Virus record (IMG/VR): IMGVR_UViG_3300022719_000398
Span: 1-27,873 of that record
DNA from: a virus
Taxonomy: Duplodnaviria > Caudoviricetes
Strand: one strand, 5' to 3'
Length of the DNA stretch: 27,873 bases
This document shows, piece by piece, positions 6,108 to 14,866 of this stretch (position 1 is the first letter of the stretch; each line of letters begins with the position of its first letter). The notes beneath the pieces are model-generated. The model was not told the origin of the DNA. It saw only the letters and a list, made by a program, of their open reading frames with translations, and ran no database searches. A program made the position numbers and the translations under genes.

Positions 6108-7508
6108 ATGGCACGGAAGACTCCGCGGAAGGCCGCCTCCGGCAAAGGCTCCCCCGCTCGCGGCCGGAAGCGGCCCTCACGGCCGTCGAACGCGCTCCCC
6201 CGCCCGTCGTGGCGGCGGGTCGCCGATCTCCGTCCCTCGCGCAACGCGCGGCTCCACCCGGCCGAGCAGGTCGAGCGGATCGCGCGCTCGATCGACGAGT
6301 TCGGCTTCCTGAACCCGGCGCTCGTGGACGAGCGCGGCTTCATCCTGGCCGGCCACGGCCGCTGGCAGGCCGCCAAGCTCCGCTCGCTCGACGAGATCCC
6401 GGTGCTCGAGGTGGCGCACCTGTCGGCCGCGCAGAAGCGGGCCTACATCCTGGCCGACAACCGGCTGGCCGAGCTGTCCGGCTGGGACTCCGAGATTCTG
6501 GCGTCCGAGCTGTCGGCGCTCCGCGACGTCGAGGGCTGGGACCTGTCGCTGATCGGTTTCGACCCGGACTCCGTGCGCGACGCGCTCGCGGACGCCGCGC
6601 GCCGAACCCGGGCGGCCACCTCGCCCGATGCCGCTCCGGCTGCGCCGGACGTCGTCGTCTCGAGGCCCGGTGACGTCTGGTTGTGCGGCCCGCACCGGGT
6701 GACGTGCGGCGACGCGACGAAGCCCGAGGACGTCGCCCGGGTCCTCGACGGCGCGACCCCCGAACTGTGCGTGACGGATCCGCCGTACGGGATCGAGTAC
6801 GACCCCGTCTGGCGCGCCAAGCTCTCCCGGACCGGGAAGCGGCCGCCCCGCGATCGCGCCGTCGCGAACGACGACCGGGCCGACTGGCGCGAGGCATGGG
6901 CGCTGTTCCCGGGCTCCGTGGTCTACGCGTGGACCGGCGGCGCCGGTGCGCTGATCATCGCCGGCCAGGCGCTCGAGGCGTCGGGCTTCCCGCTCCGCGC
7001 GCAGATCATCTGGCGCAAGCCCCACTTCCCGCTCTCCCGCGGCGCGTACACGTTCCAGCACGAGTCGTGCTGGTACGGCATGCGCGAGGACCACGAGGCG
7101 TGCTGGTACGGCGTCCGGAAGGGCGGGAAGGCCGGCTGGACGGGGCCCTCGAGCGCCTCGACGATCTGGGAGGCGTCGCTCGACGAGACCGTCTCGCGGC
7201 ACTCGACTCAGAAGCCCGTCGAGCTGTTCCGCCTGGCGCTCGAGCATCACCGGGGCGACCTGTACGAGCCGTTCCTCGGGTCGGGCACCGGGCTGATCGC
7301 GGCGGAGATGACGGGGCGAACGTGCTACGGCCTCGAGCTGGATCCGTCGTTCGTCGACGTGGTCGTGCGTCGGTGGCAGGACTTCACGGAAGCCACCGCG
7401 CGTCTCGAGGGCGACGGGTCGTCGTTCTCGGAGGTCGCTCAGGAGCGAGGCAATGCCGCAGCGAAGACGAAGGGCCGCCGCCGGAAGCGCGCGCGGTCGA
7501 AGGCGTGA
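6108..7508 (+). CDS. ParB/Srx N-terminal domain fused to an N6A/N4C DNA methyltransferase (beta-class motif order)
   Basis: NARLH..EQVERIARSIDEFGFLNPALVD...ILAGHGRWQAA...ADNRLAE; catalytic TDPPY; HSTQKPVEL; YEPFLGSGT; typical position upstream of terminase. Confidence 0.92.
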   Translation: MARKTPRKAASGKGSPARGRKRPSRPSNALPRPSWRRVADLRPSRNARLHPAEQVERIARSIDEFGFLNPALVDERGFILAGHGRWQAAKLRSLDEIPVLEVAHLSAAQKRAYILADNRLAELSGWDSEILASELSALRDVEGWDLSLIGFDPDSVRDALADAARRTRAATSPDAAPAAPDVVVSRPGDVWLCGPHRVTCGDATKPEDVARVLDGATPELCVTDPPYGIEYDPVWRAKLSRTGKRPPRDRAVANDDRADWREAWALFPGSVVYAWTGGAGALIIAGQALEASGFPLRAQIIWRKPHFPLSRGAYTFQHESCWYGMREDHEACWYGVRKGGKAGWTGPSSASTIWEASLDETVSRHSTQKPVELFRLALEHHRGDLYEPFLGSGTGLIAAEMTGRTCYGLELDPSFVDVVVRRWQDFTEATARLEGDGSSFSEVAQERGNAAAKTKGRRRKRARSKA

Positions 7509-8100
7509 GTGGTCCGACGAGGACCGGATCCGGGTTCGGAAGCTCGCCCAGGCAGGGGCGACCCGCGCCGAGCTGGCGCGCATGCTCGACATCTCCGAGC
7601 GGTCGCTCGCGCGCCACTTCCGGGAGGTGCTCGTCGGGCTGCGGCCCGGGGGCGTCGAGGCCGACCGCGAGTGGCGGGACGAGGAGCGGCAGCTAGTTCG
7701 GTGCGGCGTCGCCATGGGCATCCCCCAGGACGACATCGCGCGCGTCCTCAAGATCTCGCCCGTCCGGCTGCGCGAGGACTTCCCCGAGGAGCTTTCGTCC
7801 GGCGCGGCCGAGGCGAACATCGCCGTCGGCAACGCGCTCTACCGCCAGGCCACGGTCGCCGGCAACGTCCGCGCGCAGATGTTCTGGCTCCGGGCGAAGT
7901 GCGGCTGGCGGGAGGGCGGCGTGTTCCGTCCCGAGGGCTCGATCGACGAGGCCGACATGCTCGACGAGCTGCGCGCGCTCGACGATCGCGGCCTCGAGGC
8001 TCTCGACGTCCTCATGCGGTTCTACGAGGCCACGGACGATGAGTCGGCGGAGCCCCGGCTCTCCGCGGTGGCGCGGAAGCCGGGCGACCGGCTTCAGTAG
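7453..8100 (+). CDS. terS: terminase small subunit (two HTH-like repeats)
   Basis: GATRAELARMLDISERSLARHF and GIPQDDIARVLKISPVRLREDF; ALYRQAT..GNVRAQMFWLRAKCGWRE; position before terL. Confidence 0.78.
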   Translation: MPQRRRRAAAGSARGRRREWSDEDRIRVRKLAQAGATRAELARMLDISERSLARHFREVLVGLRPGGVEADREWRDEERQLVRCGVAMGIPQDDIARVLKISPVRLREDFPEELSSGAAEANIAVGNALYRQATVAGNVRAQMFWLRAKCGWREGGVFRPEGSIDEADMLDELRALDDRGLEALDVLMRFYEATDDESAEPRLSAVARKPGDRLQ

Positions 8101-8312
8101 GACCAGATGGCTCGGCACGCAGCTCATCGGCAGCGACTAAGGCTCGCGTGCGCAAGTCCTCAGTCTCGCGAACGCAGGAAATGTGCATGCGCAGCTAGCC
8201 GGCAAGTCAGGCAGTGTCCGACCGGCAACTTCACACGCTCGCGTACGCAGGCGGCATACCGTCCAGAACGCGGGCGCTGCGCATGGAACGCGCAGGAGCC
8301 TTGCAGCCACAC
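8101..8312 (+). repeat. phased-GCA element B
   Basis: Anchors end at 8121, 8132, 8154, 8176, 8193, 8204, 8227, 8249, 8272 (GCG variant), 8283, 8294, 8305 (spacing 11,22,22,17,11,23,22,23,11,11,11). Confidence 0.85.
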
Positions 8313-8340
8313 CAGCCGAGACCAGCCGGGCAGGGACGGT

Positions 8341-8733
8341 GAGCCTCGGCGCGAGCCTCGAGCCTTCGCGCGAGCCTTCAGCCTGGCCGAAGCCTTCAGC
8401 CTCCGCGCGACCCTCGAGTCGGCCGCGAACCGCGAGCCGGCGGTCGAGCCTTCACGGAGTCTCAGCTTCCAGGGACCTGCGCAGTCGGCGCGAGCGTTCT
8501 TCCAGCGACCTGCGAGCCGGGCCTGCCCCGCTCGGGCGAGCTGCCAGCAAGCTGCTAGCGCCGCCGGCTCCGCCGGCTCGAGCTGCCAGCGACCTGCGAG
8601 CGGCTCCGCCTCCGCCTCTGCCTCCGCTGGAGGCAGTCCGCGCTGCGGACGACTTGCGGGTCGGCGTCCAGCGTTCTTCCAGCGACCTGCGAGTACGTTT
8701 CCAGCGTTCTTCCAGCGACTTGCTACCGGTCCG
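8341..8733 (+). repeat. degenerate minisatellite between terS and terL (AGCCT cluster, then 11-bp units)
   Basis: AGCCT at 8342, 8354, 8361, 8373, 8380, 8391, 8398; CCAGCGACCTG/CCAGCGTTCTT-type 11-mers at 8469, 8491, 8502, 8544, 8586, 8668, 8679, 8701, 8712. Confidence 0.8.
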
Positions 8734-8735
8734 CA

Positions 8736-10367
8736 GTGACCGCGGCCGCGCTCCCGCCGCAGCTCGAGGGCATCGCTCAGAACCCGCGCCTCGGGCGGGA
8801 CATGGTTCGCGTCCTCCGGGCCGAGCGTCGGTGGTCGGACTACGCGCGGTTCGTCTGGCACCGGCTGGAGCCGAACCACGCGCTCGTCTGGAACTGGCAC
8901 CTCGACTGCATCGGCGAGCATCTCGAGGCGGTCACCGCCGGCGAGATCCGGCGCCTCGTGATCAACGTGCCGCCCGGGTTCTCGAAGTCTCTCTCGGTGA
9001 ACGTGCTGTGGCCGACCTGGGAGTGGGGCCCGCGCGATCTCTCGTACATGCGGTACCTGAGCTTCGCCTACTCCTCGCTCCTGACCGAGCGCGACAACCA
9101 GCGCTCGCTCCGGCTGCTGCAGTCGGACGTCTACCAGCGCTGGTGGGGCGACCGGTTTCGGCTGCTCACGTCGGGCGTGAAGCGCTTCGACAACGACGAG
9201 ACCGGCTTCCGGATCGCGTCGTCGGTGTCCGGCACTGGCACCGGCGAGCGCGGCGATCGCGTGCTCATCGACGACCCCAACAACGTCAAGGAGGCCGAGT
9301 CGAAGCTGATCACCGAGGGCACGATCCGGTGGTTCGCCGAGGTGGTGCCGTCGCGCGTGAACGACATCCGGACGTCCGCGATCGTCTGCATCCAGCAGCG
9401 CACGGGCGTCAACGACGTCACGGGCCACATCCTGAAGAGCGATCTCGGCTACGAGTGGGTGTGCCTGCCGATGGAGTTCGAGCCGGACCGGCCCTGCTAC
9501 ACGTCGCTCCCTCGCCCCGACGTCGCGCCACGCCGCATGCGCCTGGTGAAGCCGTCCGACGACACGACGCCGCGGTGGGTCGCCGAGGGCGAAGACCACG
9601 ACGGCCCGGTCGAGTGGGAGCGCGAGGTCCGCGAGGTCACGCTCCAGGATCGGCGTGTCGAAGAGGGCGAGATGCTCGACCCCGAGCGCTTCCCGGCCGA
9701 GAACGTCGAGAACGACCTGAAGAAGCCGCTTCGCTCGCAGGGCGGCGAGGCCGCCGTCGCCGGGCAGCTCCAGCAGCGCCCGACGCCTCGAGGCGGCACC
9801 CTGTTCCGGCGCGAGGACTTCCGCTTCATCGACGCCTCCGACCTGCCGCCCCACCTGCGGTGGGCCCGGGGTTACGACCTGGGCGGCTCGGCGAAGAAGA
9901 AGTCTGCCTATTCCGCCGCAGCGAAGGTGGCGGTCGATGGCGAGCGGGTGTTCATCGGCGACGTCGCAAGGGTCCAGCGCGACCCGACGGAGGCGCAGGC
10001 ATGGATCCAGGCGATCGCTGAGCTGGACGGCGCCGACGTCGCCATCGACTTCCCGAACGATCCTGGCCAGGCGGGAAACTGGCAGGTGCAGTCGCTCGCG
10101 GGTCAGCTCCAGGGCTTCCGCGTCCACTCGTCGCCGGAGTCAGGCGACAAGGAAGACCGGGCTGGTCCCTGGGCGGCGCAGGTGAAGCACCACAACGTCT
10201 ACCTGGTGCGCGCCGAGTGGAATGCCCCGTTCATCGCCGAGGCTGTTACGTTCCCGGGCGGCGACTTCAAGGACCAGGTGGACGCGACGTCGCGAGCCTA
10301 CGCGCGGGCGCTGCTGCTGGCGAAGCAGGTGGGCTCGATCCCGATGGCGCCGAAGGTGATCCGCTAG
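8736..10367 (+). CDS. terL: terminase large subunit
   Basis: Walker A LVINVPPGFSKS, Walker B VLIDDP, IQQR motif, nuclease RGYDLG...KDQVDA; start uncertain (GTG 8736 or ATG 8802). Confidence 0.95.
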   Translation: MTAAALPPQLEGIAQNPRLGRDMVRVLRAERRWSDYARFVWHRLEPNHALVWNWHLDCIGEHLEAVTAGEIRRLVINVPPGFSKSLSVNVLWPTWEWGPRDLSYMRYLSFAYSSLLTERDNQRSLRLLQSDVYQRWWGDRFRLLTSGVKRFDNDETGFRIASSVSGTGTGERGDRVLIDDPNNVKEAESKLITEGTIRWFAEVVPSRVNDIRTSAIVCIQQRTGVNDVTGHILKSDLGYEWVCLPMEFEPDRPCYTSLPRPDVAPRRMRLVKPSDDTTPRWVAEGEDHDGPVEWEREVREVTLQDRRVEEGEMLDPERFPAENVENDLKKPLRSQGGEAAVAGQLQQRPTPRGGTLFRREDFRFIDASDLPPHLRWARGYDLGGSAKKKSAYSAAAKVAVDGERVFIGDVARVQRDPTEAQAWIQAIAELDGADVAIDFPNDPGQAGNWQVQSLAGQLQGFRVHSSPESGDKEDRAGPWAAQVKHHNVYLVRAEWNAPFIAEAVTFPGGDFKDQVDATSRAYARALLLAKQVGSIPMAPKVIR

Positions 10368-10382
10368 GAGGAGGGGCCCGGC

Positions 10383-11804
10383 ATGGGCGGCGGTGGACGA
10401 GGCGGGATCGGCCAGGGGCTGTTCGGCGCGCTGTTCCGTCGCGGGCCCGATCCGCCGCCGACGGAGGAGGTGGGCACGACCGCCGCCTTCACGACGTCGG
10501 GCTACCTCGTATCGACCGAGCGCAACGTCAACCTCCGCGGCCGCGAGCGGTACGTCACGTTCTCGAACCTGCTCGCGAACGTGGCGATCGTCGCCGCCGG
10601 CACCCGCGCCTACCTGAACCTCGCCAGTGGCGCCGAGTGGAACATCGAGCCCGCCGACGAGAGCCGCGCTGCGCAGGAGGTCGCCGATCTCGTCGAGAAC
10701 GCGATCCACGACATGGCGCGCCCGTGGAAGCGCGTCGTCCGGCGCGCGGCGGCCTACCGGTTCTACGGGTTCGTCGTCCTCGAGTGGGTCGCCGAGAACA
10801 AGCCCGACGGCACGATCGGGTTCTTCGATGTCGCCTCGCGCCCGCAGTCGACGATCGAGCGCTGGGATCTCGACGCGAACGGCCGCGTCCGTGGCTGCAC
10901 GCAGCGCATCCCGTCCTCGTCGGTCGAGGTGTTCCTCCCGCGGTCGAAGATCGTGCACATCGTCGACGACTCGCTGTCCGACTCGCCGGAGGGCGTGGGG
11001 CTGTTTCGCCATCTCGTCGACGCCAACCAGCGGTTGCAGCGGTACCAGCTCCTCGAGGCGTTCGGCTTCGAGTCGGACCTGCGCGGCATCCCGGTCGGCC
11101 GTGCGCCGTACGGGAAGCTGCGCGACCTGGTGCAGTCGCAGAAGCTGTCGGCGCAGCAGGCCAGCGCGATCACCCAGCCGCTCGAGGACTTCATCCGGAA
11201 GCACATCAAGAGCCCCGAGCTGGGCTTCGTGCTCGACTCGACGCCCTACCGAGATCTCGGCGACAAGCAGGCCCCGAGCGCGACCATGGAGTGGGGCCTC
11301 GAGATCATGCAGGGCTCGCCGCAGGGCCAGGAGGAGGTCGGCTCGGCGATCGAGCGCCTGACCCGCGAGATGTCGGTGGTCCTCGGCGTGCAGTGGCTGC
11401 TGCTCGGTGGCGATGGCTCCGGATCGATGGCGCTCGGCCGCACCTTCACCGAGCAGTTTGCGCTCATGGTGAACGCTGGGCTCGGCGAGCTGAGCGAGGC
11501 GTTCGAGCACGACCTGGTGCCGCCGCTGCTGGCGCTGAACGGCATCGACGAGGAGCTGGCGCCGACGCTCCGCGCCGAGGAGGTCCAGTACCGGACCGTC
11601 GATCAGGTGACGGCCGCGCTGAAGGACCTGGCCGATGCCGGCGCGCCGCTGCTCTCGAGCGACCCGGCGGTGAACACGGTGCGCGACATGCTCGGTGTGC
11701 CTCGGCTCGACCCGGACATGATCGCGGCCGACGCCTCGCTGCTCGGAGAGCCCGAGCCCGTGCCGGATCCCACGGTCCCGGATCCGACGGAGATCGACGA
11801 GTGA
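10383..11804 (+). CDS. portal protein (DUF935/Mu gp29-like)
   Basis: Follows terL; FYGFVVLEWV, SPEGVGLFRHL, GFESDLRGIPVGRAP, LLGGDGSGSMALG; RBS AGGAGGAGG. Confidence 0.88.
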   Translation: MGGGGRGGIGQGLFGALFRRGPDPPPTEEVGTTAAFTTSGYLVSTERNVNLRGRERYVTFSNLLANVAIVAAGTRAYLNLASGAEWNIEPADESRAAQEVADLVENAIHDMARPWKRVVRRAAAYRFYGFVVLEWVAENKPDGTIGFFDVASRPQSTIERWDLDANGRVRGCTQRIPSSSVEVFLPRSKIVHIVDDSLSDSPEGVGLFRHLVDANQRLQRYQLLEAFGFESDLRGIPVGRAPYGKLRDLVQSQKLSAQQASAITQPLEDFIRKHIKSPELGFVLDSTPYRDLGDKQAPSATMEWGLEIMQGSPQGQEEVGSAIERLTREMSVVLGVQWLLLGGDGSGSMALGRTFTEQFALMVNAGLGELSEAFEHDLVPPLLALNGIDEELAPTLRAEEVQYRTVDQVTAALKDLADAGAPLLSSDPAVNTVRDMLGVPRLDPDMIAADASLLGEPEPVPDPTVPDPTEIDE

Positions 11805-13501
11805 GCGGGCCTGTCGTCCACGCGTTCCCGTCGGGCGCGCCGCTCGACGAGTCGCAGTTCGCGCTGCTGGCCGGTCGCGTCGGTGGCCAGACGCTGAACG
11901 GCGGTGTCGACCCGACGGACGAGCTGACCCTGCGCGGGACCGCCGATGCGGCGCGCGGCTTCATCAACCTCGACTCGCGAGTGGTGATCGGCGACGTCCA
12001 CCCCGCTACGTCGAGCGCCACGATCCTGTCGTGGACCCAGGCTTACAGCCAGGTCACCGGTGGGCTCGGGCAGGACCGGGCGCTCGATCTGTCGCCGTCG
12101 GTCACGATCAACGACATCGCGTACATCTGGAACACGGTCCGCAGCTCGGGGACGTACACTCAGTCGGCCGCGCCGAACCCGTTCTTCAGCGCGTTCATCC
12201 TGTTCGCGGCCGAGCCGCTGCTCGAGTCAGACGACGTGGCGTTCGGGACGCTGAGCCCTGTCGCCATGTTCGCCGGTCCGCATATCCAGGTCGACGGCAT
12301 CGGCGCGCAGCCGGCCACGCCGTTCATCCACGGCATCCAGTTCAACCCGCGGCTCAGCGCCCTGCAAGCTGGCGACACCGTCACCGCGACGGACATCTGC
12401 GCGCTCGAGGTGAACCCCTACTTCACCACCGGCAACGCGACCGCGACGGCCGCGTTCGGCACGATCACGGGACTCCGCTGCGAGAACATCGTCGTGTTCC
12501 CGTTTGCCAGCAATCTGGGCACCGAGACGCTCGCCAACTACTTCGGCCTCGACTTCGCGAACCAGACGCTGACGGCCTCGGGCACCATCGCTGCGGTTCG
12601 CAGCGCACTCACCGCGGGCACCGGTCGCTACTTCCTCTACGACACCGGTGGCGCGCAGTCGCTGCTGCAGGGCTCCCTGTTCCTCGGAGCCACGAACCCG
12701 ATCGAGCTGCGGTGGAACGGAACCGGGCTGCGGTTCGATCCGCCCGCAGCGGTGAGCGGCCAGAATTTCCTGATGGAGTTCGGCACCGGGACTGGCTCGA
12801 CGCTGCGCATGTATCACACGGGCGGCGTCCGGTTCCAAGCATCGCGCTATTCGATGGGTGTCCAGCCGGCGAATCCGACAGACCCGTATTGGTTCGCTGT
12901 CAGCCCGCTCGAGCGATCGACGCAGCTCGGCCAGAACGCGTTCTCGGATCTCGAGGTCGACGGCTCGATCGAGCAGCTCACGCTGTTCGACGACGCCACG
13001 CGCGTCGAGTCGATCTACTCCGTGATCCCGGACATGCAGGGCAACGCCAACGTCATCGACGACTTCTCGGGCATCCACGTCGTCGGCGACGACAAGAACA
13101 TCGACGTCACCCGGCAGCAGACGCTGTGGGTGGAAGACGGTCGCGCGCGCTTCGACGCCGTTCTGAATCTGGGGCCGGCCTCGCCGTCGCAGATCACCGC
13201 GAACCAGAACGACTACGCCATCCCGGTCGGCGCCGCGGCGCGCTGTCTGCTCCGGCTCTCGACCGACGCCAGCCGGACCATCACCGGGATCGTCCCCGAG
13301 CAGGACGCCGATCTGATCGTGGTGGTGAACGTCGGCTCGAACGACCTGGTGCTCGCCCACGAGAATGCCAGCTCGGCGGCCGCGAACCGCATCATCTCCC
13401 CGACCGGGGCGAACTACACCCTCGGCGCCAACGAGTCGGCGACGCTGTGGCACGATGCCACCACCAGCCGCTGGCGCATTCTCCAGGGCACAGGAGCCTG
13501 A
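11801..13501 (+). CDS. 566-aa fibre/receptor-binding-like virion protein
   Basis: GTG 11801 (GTGA overlap); T/S/G/N-rich beta composition; FALLAGRVGGQTLNGG..ELTL near the N-terminus and QITANQNDY..LRLSTDASRTITGI..NVGS..ENASSAAANR..SRWR at the C-terminus, both reminiscent of phage fibre proteins. Confidence 0.65.
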   Translation: MSGPVVHAFPSGAPLDESQFALLAGRVGGQTLNGGVDPTDELTLRGTADAARGFINLDSRVVIGDVHPATSSATILSWTQAYSQVTGGLGQDRALDLSPSVTINDIAYIWNTVRSSGTYTQSAAPNPFFSAFILFAAEPLLESDDVAFGTLSPVAMFAGPHIQVDGIGAQPATPFIHGIQFNPRLSALQAGDTVTATDICALEVNPYFTTGNATATAAFGTITGLRCENIVVFPFASNLGTETLANYFGLDFANQTLTASGTIAAVRSALTAGTGRYFLYDTGGAQSLLQGSLFLGATNPIELRWNGTGLRFDPPAAVSGQNFLMEFGTGTGSTLRMYHTGGVRFQASRYSMGVQPANPTDPYWFAVSPLERSTQLGQNAFSDLEVDGSIEQLTLFDDATRVESIYSVIPDMQGNANVIDDFSGIHVVGDDKNIDVTRQQTLWVEDGRARFDAVLNLGPASPSQITANQNDYAIPVGAAARCLLRLSTDASRTITGIVPEQDADLIVVVNVGSNDLVLAHENASSAAANRIISPTGANYTLGANESATLWHDATTSRWRILQGTGA

Positions 13502-13507
13502 CCCCCT

Positions 13508-13759
13508 ATGTCGAAGCCGAACGGCCATGACGTCGCGCCCGCGGCGGCCACTCCCGCCCCGCAGCAGGCACCGCCGGCGCCGCAGCCTCAGGAGTGGACC
13601 CACGCGATGGTGCCGCGGGACACGTTCCTCGCGCTGCAGCGCTTCCTGACGCGCGTTGCCGTCGACGGGGCCGAGGCCGGCGCGCTGGCGCAGCAGCTCG
13701 GCGCGGCGCAGCCCGCGGTCGTCCCCCCGCCTGGTGAGCCGCGGGACGATCCGGAATGA
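13508..13759 (+). CDS. small hypothetical protein (possible fibre-associated chaperone)
   Basis: RBS CAGGAG; ATGA overlap with next gene. Confidence 0.6.
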   Translation: MSKPNGHDVAPAAATPAPQQAPPAPQPQEWTHAMVPRDTFLALQRFLTRVAVDGAEAGALAQQLGAAQPAVVPPPGEPRDDPE

Positions 13760-14673
13760 CGGTCGCGCTCCGCCTGACGACGTTCGTCACGAATCTCGGG
13801 ACGCCGCTCACCGGGCTCGCGGGCGCGAACATCCCCGAGGTGGAGATCCGGAACGCGGCAACCGGCGCCGTCGTCCAGGCGGCCATCGACGGCACGGAGA
13901 TCGGGTCGGGTTTCTGGGGCTTCGACTTCACCCCGACGCCGGGGCTGCGCTACGTCGCTCGGTGGGACCATGATCCGGCCGGCATCGGCCAGGTGACGCC
14001 TCAGGAGCGCTACGCGTCGGCTGGCTTCGCCGAGTTCTTCGACGACGTCGTGCCCGAGGGCGGTAGCGACGACTACGGCACGCTCGTGCAGCGCCTCGAC
14101 GCTGCTGTCTCGAGCCGTGCGTCGCAGGCCGACATCCTGTCGGACGGAACCCCGTTTCCGGGCGCGCGGATCGACGCCGATGTCTCGAGCCGTGCCTCGC
14201 AGGTGTCCGTCGACGGCCTCAACGACCTGTCGCAGGCCGAGATCCTGAGCGACGCCACCCCGTTCCCGGGTGGCTCCATCGACGCCGCGATCTCCTCGCG
14301 CGCAGTCGCCGGCGATGCAATGGCGCTCACCGGAGCGGCGGTGGATGCCATCTGGGACGAGCCGGTGGCGGGCCACGAGTCTGCCGGCACCGTCGGGAAG
14401 GCCCTCACGCGGCTGTTCCTCGAGCACACCCGGACCCTGCTGTTCTTCGCGTCCGGGGCCATCACCGGTGGCGGACGCGAGGTTCCGGACGGTGCGATCT
14501 CGCACATGGAGGTCCAGGTGCGCGACCAGGGCGGCGCGTTCCCTGGCTCGAGCTACTTCGTGGTGTTCAACTACGAGGCGTCGGACAGCGCTTCGACGCC
14601 CCCGCGAACATCGACAACCCAGGCCGCCGCGCCAGTCGACGGGTCGTTCACCTCGACGGGGTTCCCGTCGTGA
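13756..14673 (+). CDS. putative virion protein with internal repeats
   Basis: Three D-A-x-[VI]-S-S-R-A and two ILSDxTPFPGxxID repeats, plus AVDAIWDEPVAGHESAGTVGKAL. Confidence 0.7.
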   Translation: MTVALRLTTFVTNLGTPLTGLAGANIPEVEIRNAATGAVVQAAIDGTEIGSGFWGFDFTPTPGLRYVARWDHDPAGIGQVTPQERYASAGFAEFFDDVVPEGGSDDYGTLVQRLDAAVSSRASQADILSDGTPFPGARIDADVSSRASQVSVDGLNDLSQAEILSDATPFPGGSIDAAISSRAVAGDAMALTGAAVDAIWDEPVAGHESAGTVGKALTRLFLEHTRTLLFFASGAITGGGREVPDGAISHMEVQVRDQGGAFPGSSYFVVFNYEASDSASTPPRTSTTQAAAPVDGSFTSTGFPS

Positions 14674-14855
14674 GCGTCGTGCTCGGCTACCACTCCGCGG
14701 GCCGCCACTACCTCGAGACGGGCGGTAGCGTCACCGTCATCGTTCAGGGCCCGGTCACGGTGGACGTCGTCGACGCCGAGGTGTCGGCTGCCGTGACGGA
14801 GCCGGGCGCGGTGTCCGTGTCCGTGTTCCCCGACTCCATCGTCCTGGACAGCTAG
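14670..14855 (+). CDS. 61-aa Val-rich hypothetical protein
   Basis: GTGA overlap; fills the operon gap. Confidence 0.55.
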   Translation: MSVVLGYHSAGRHYLETGGSVTVIVQGPVTVDVVDAEVSAAVTEPGAVSVSVFPDSIVLDS

Positions 14856-14866
14856 GAGCTGCGGCC

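Noticed and set aside
6108-7508. Restriction-modification or ParABS system
   Set aside because: No endonuclease or ParA nearby; ParB-like/MTase fusions next to terminases are common orphan phage genes
8107-8739. 210-aa ORF filling the terS-terL gap
   Set aside because: It translates element B and the 11-bp minisatellite; the period is not a multiple of 3, codon usage is atypical and the product is low complexity
9490-9660. Intein or intron in terL
   Set aside because: The extra ~50-aa segment has no C/S...HN splice motifs and the ORF is continuous; it looks like a linker insertion
10217-13501. 1094-aa ORF in the track
   Set aside because: The first ~530 codons are an Arg-rich shadow of terL/portal; the real gene starts at GTG 11801
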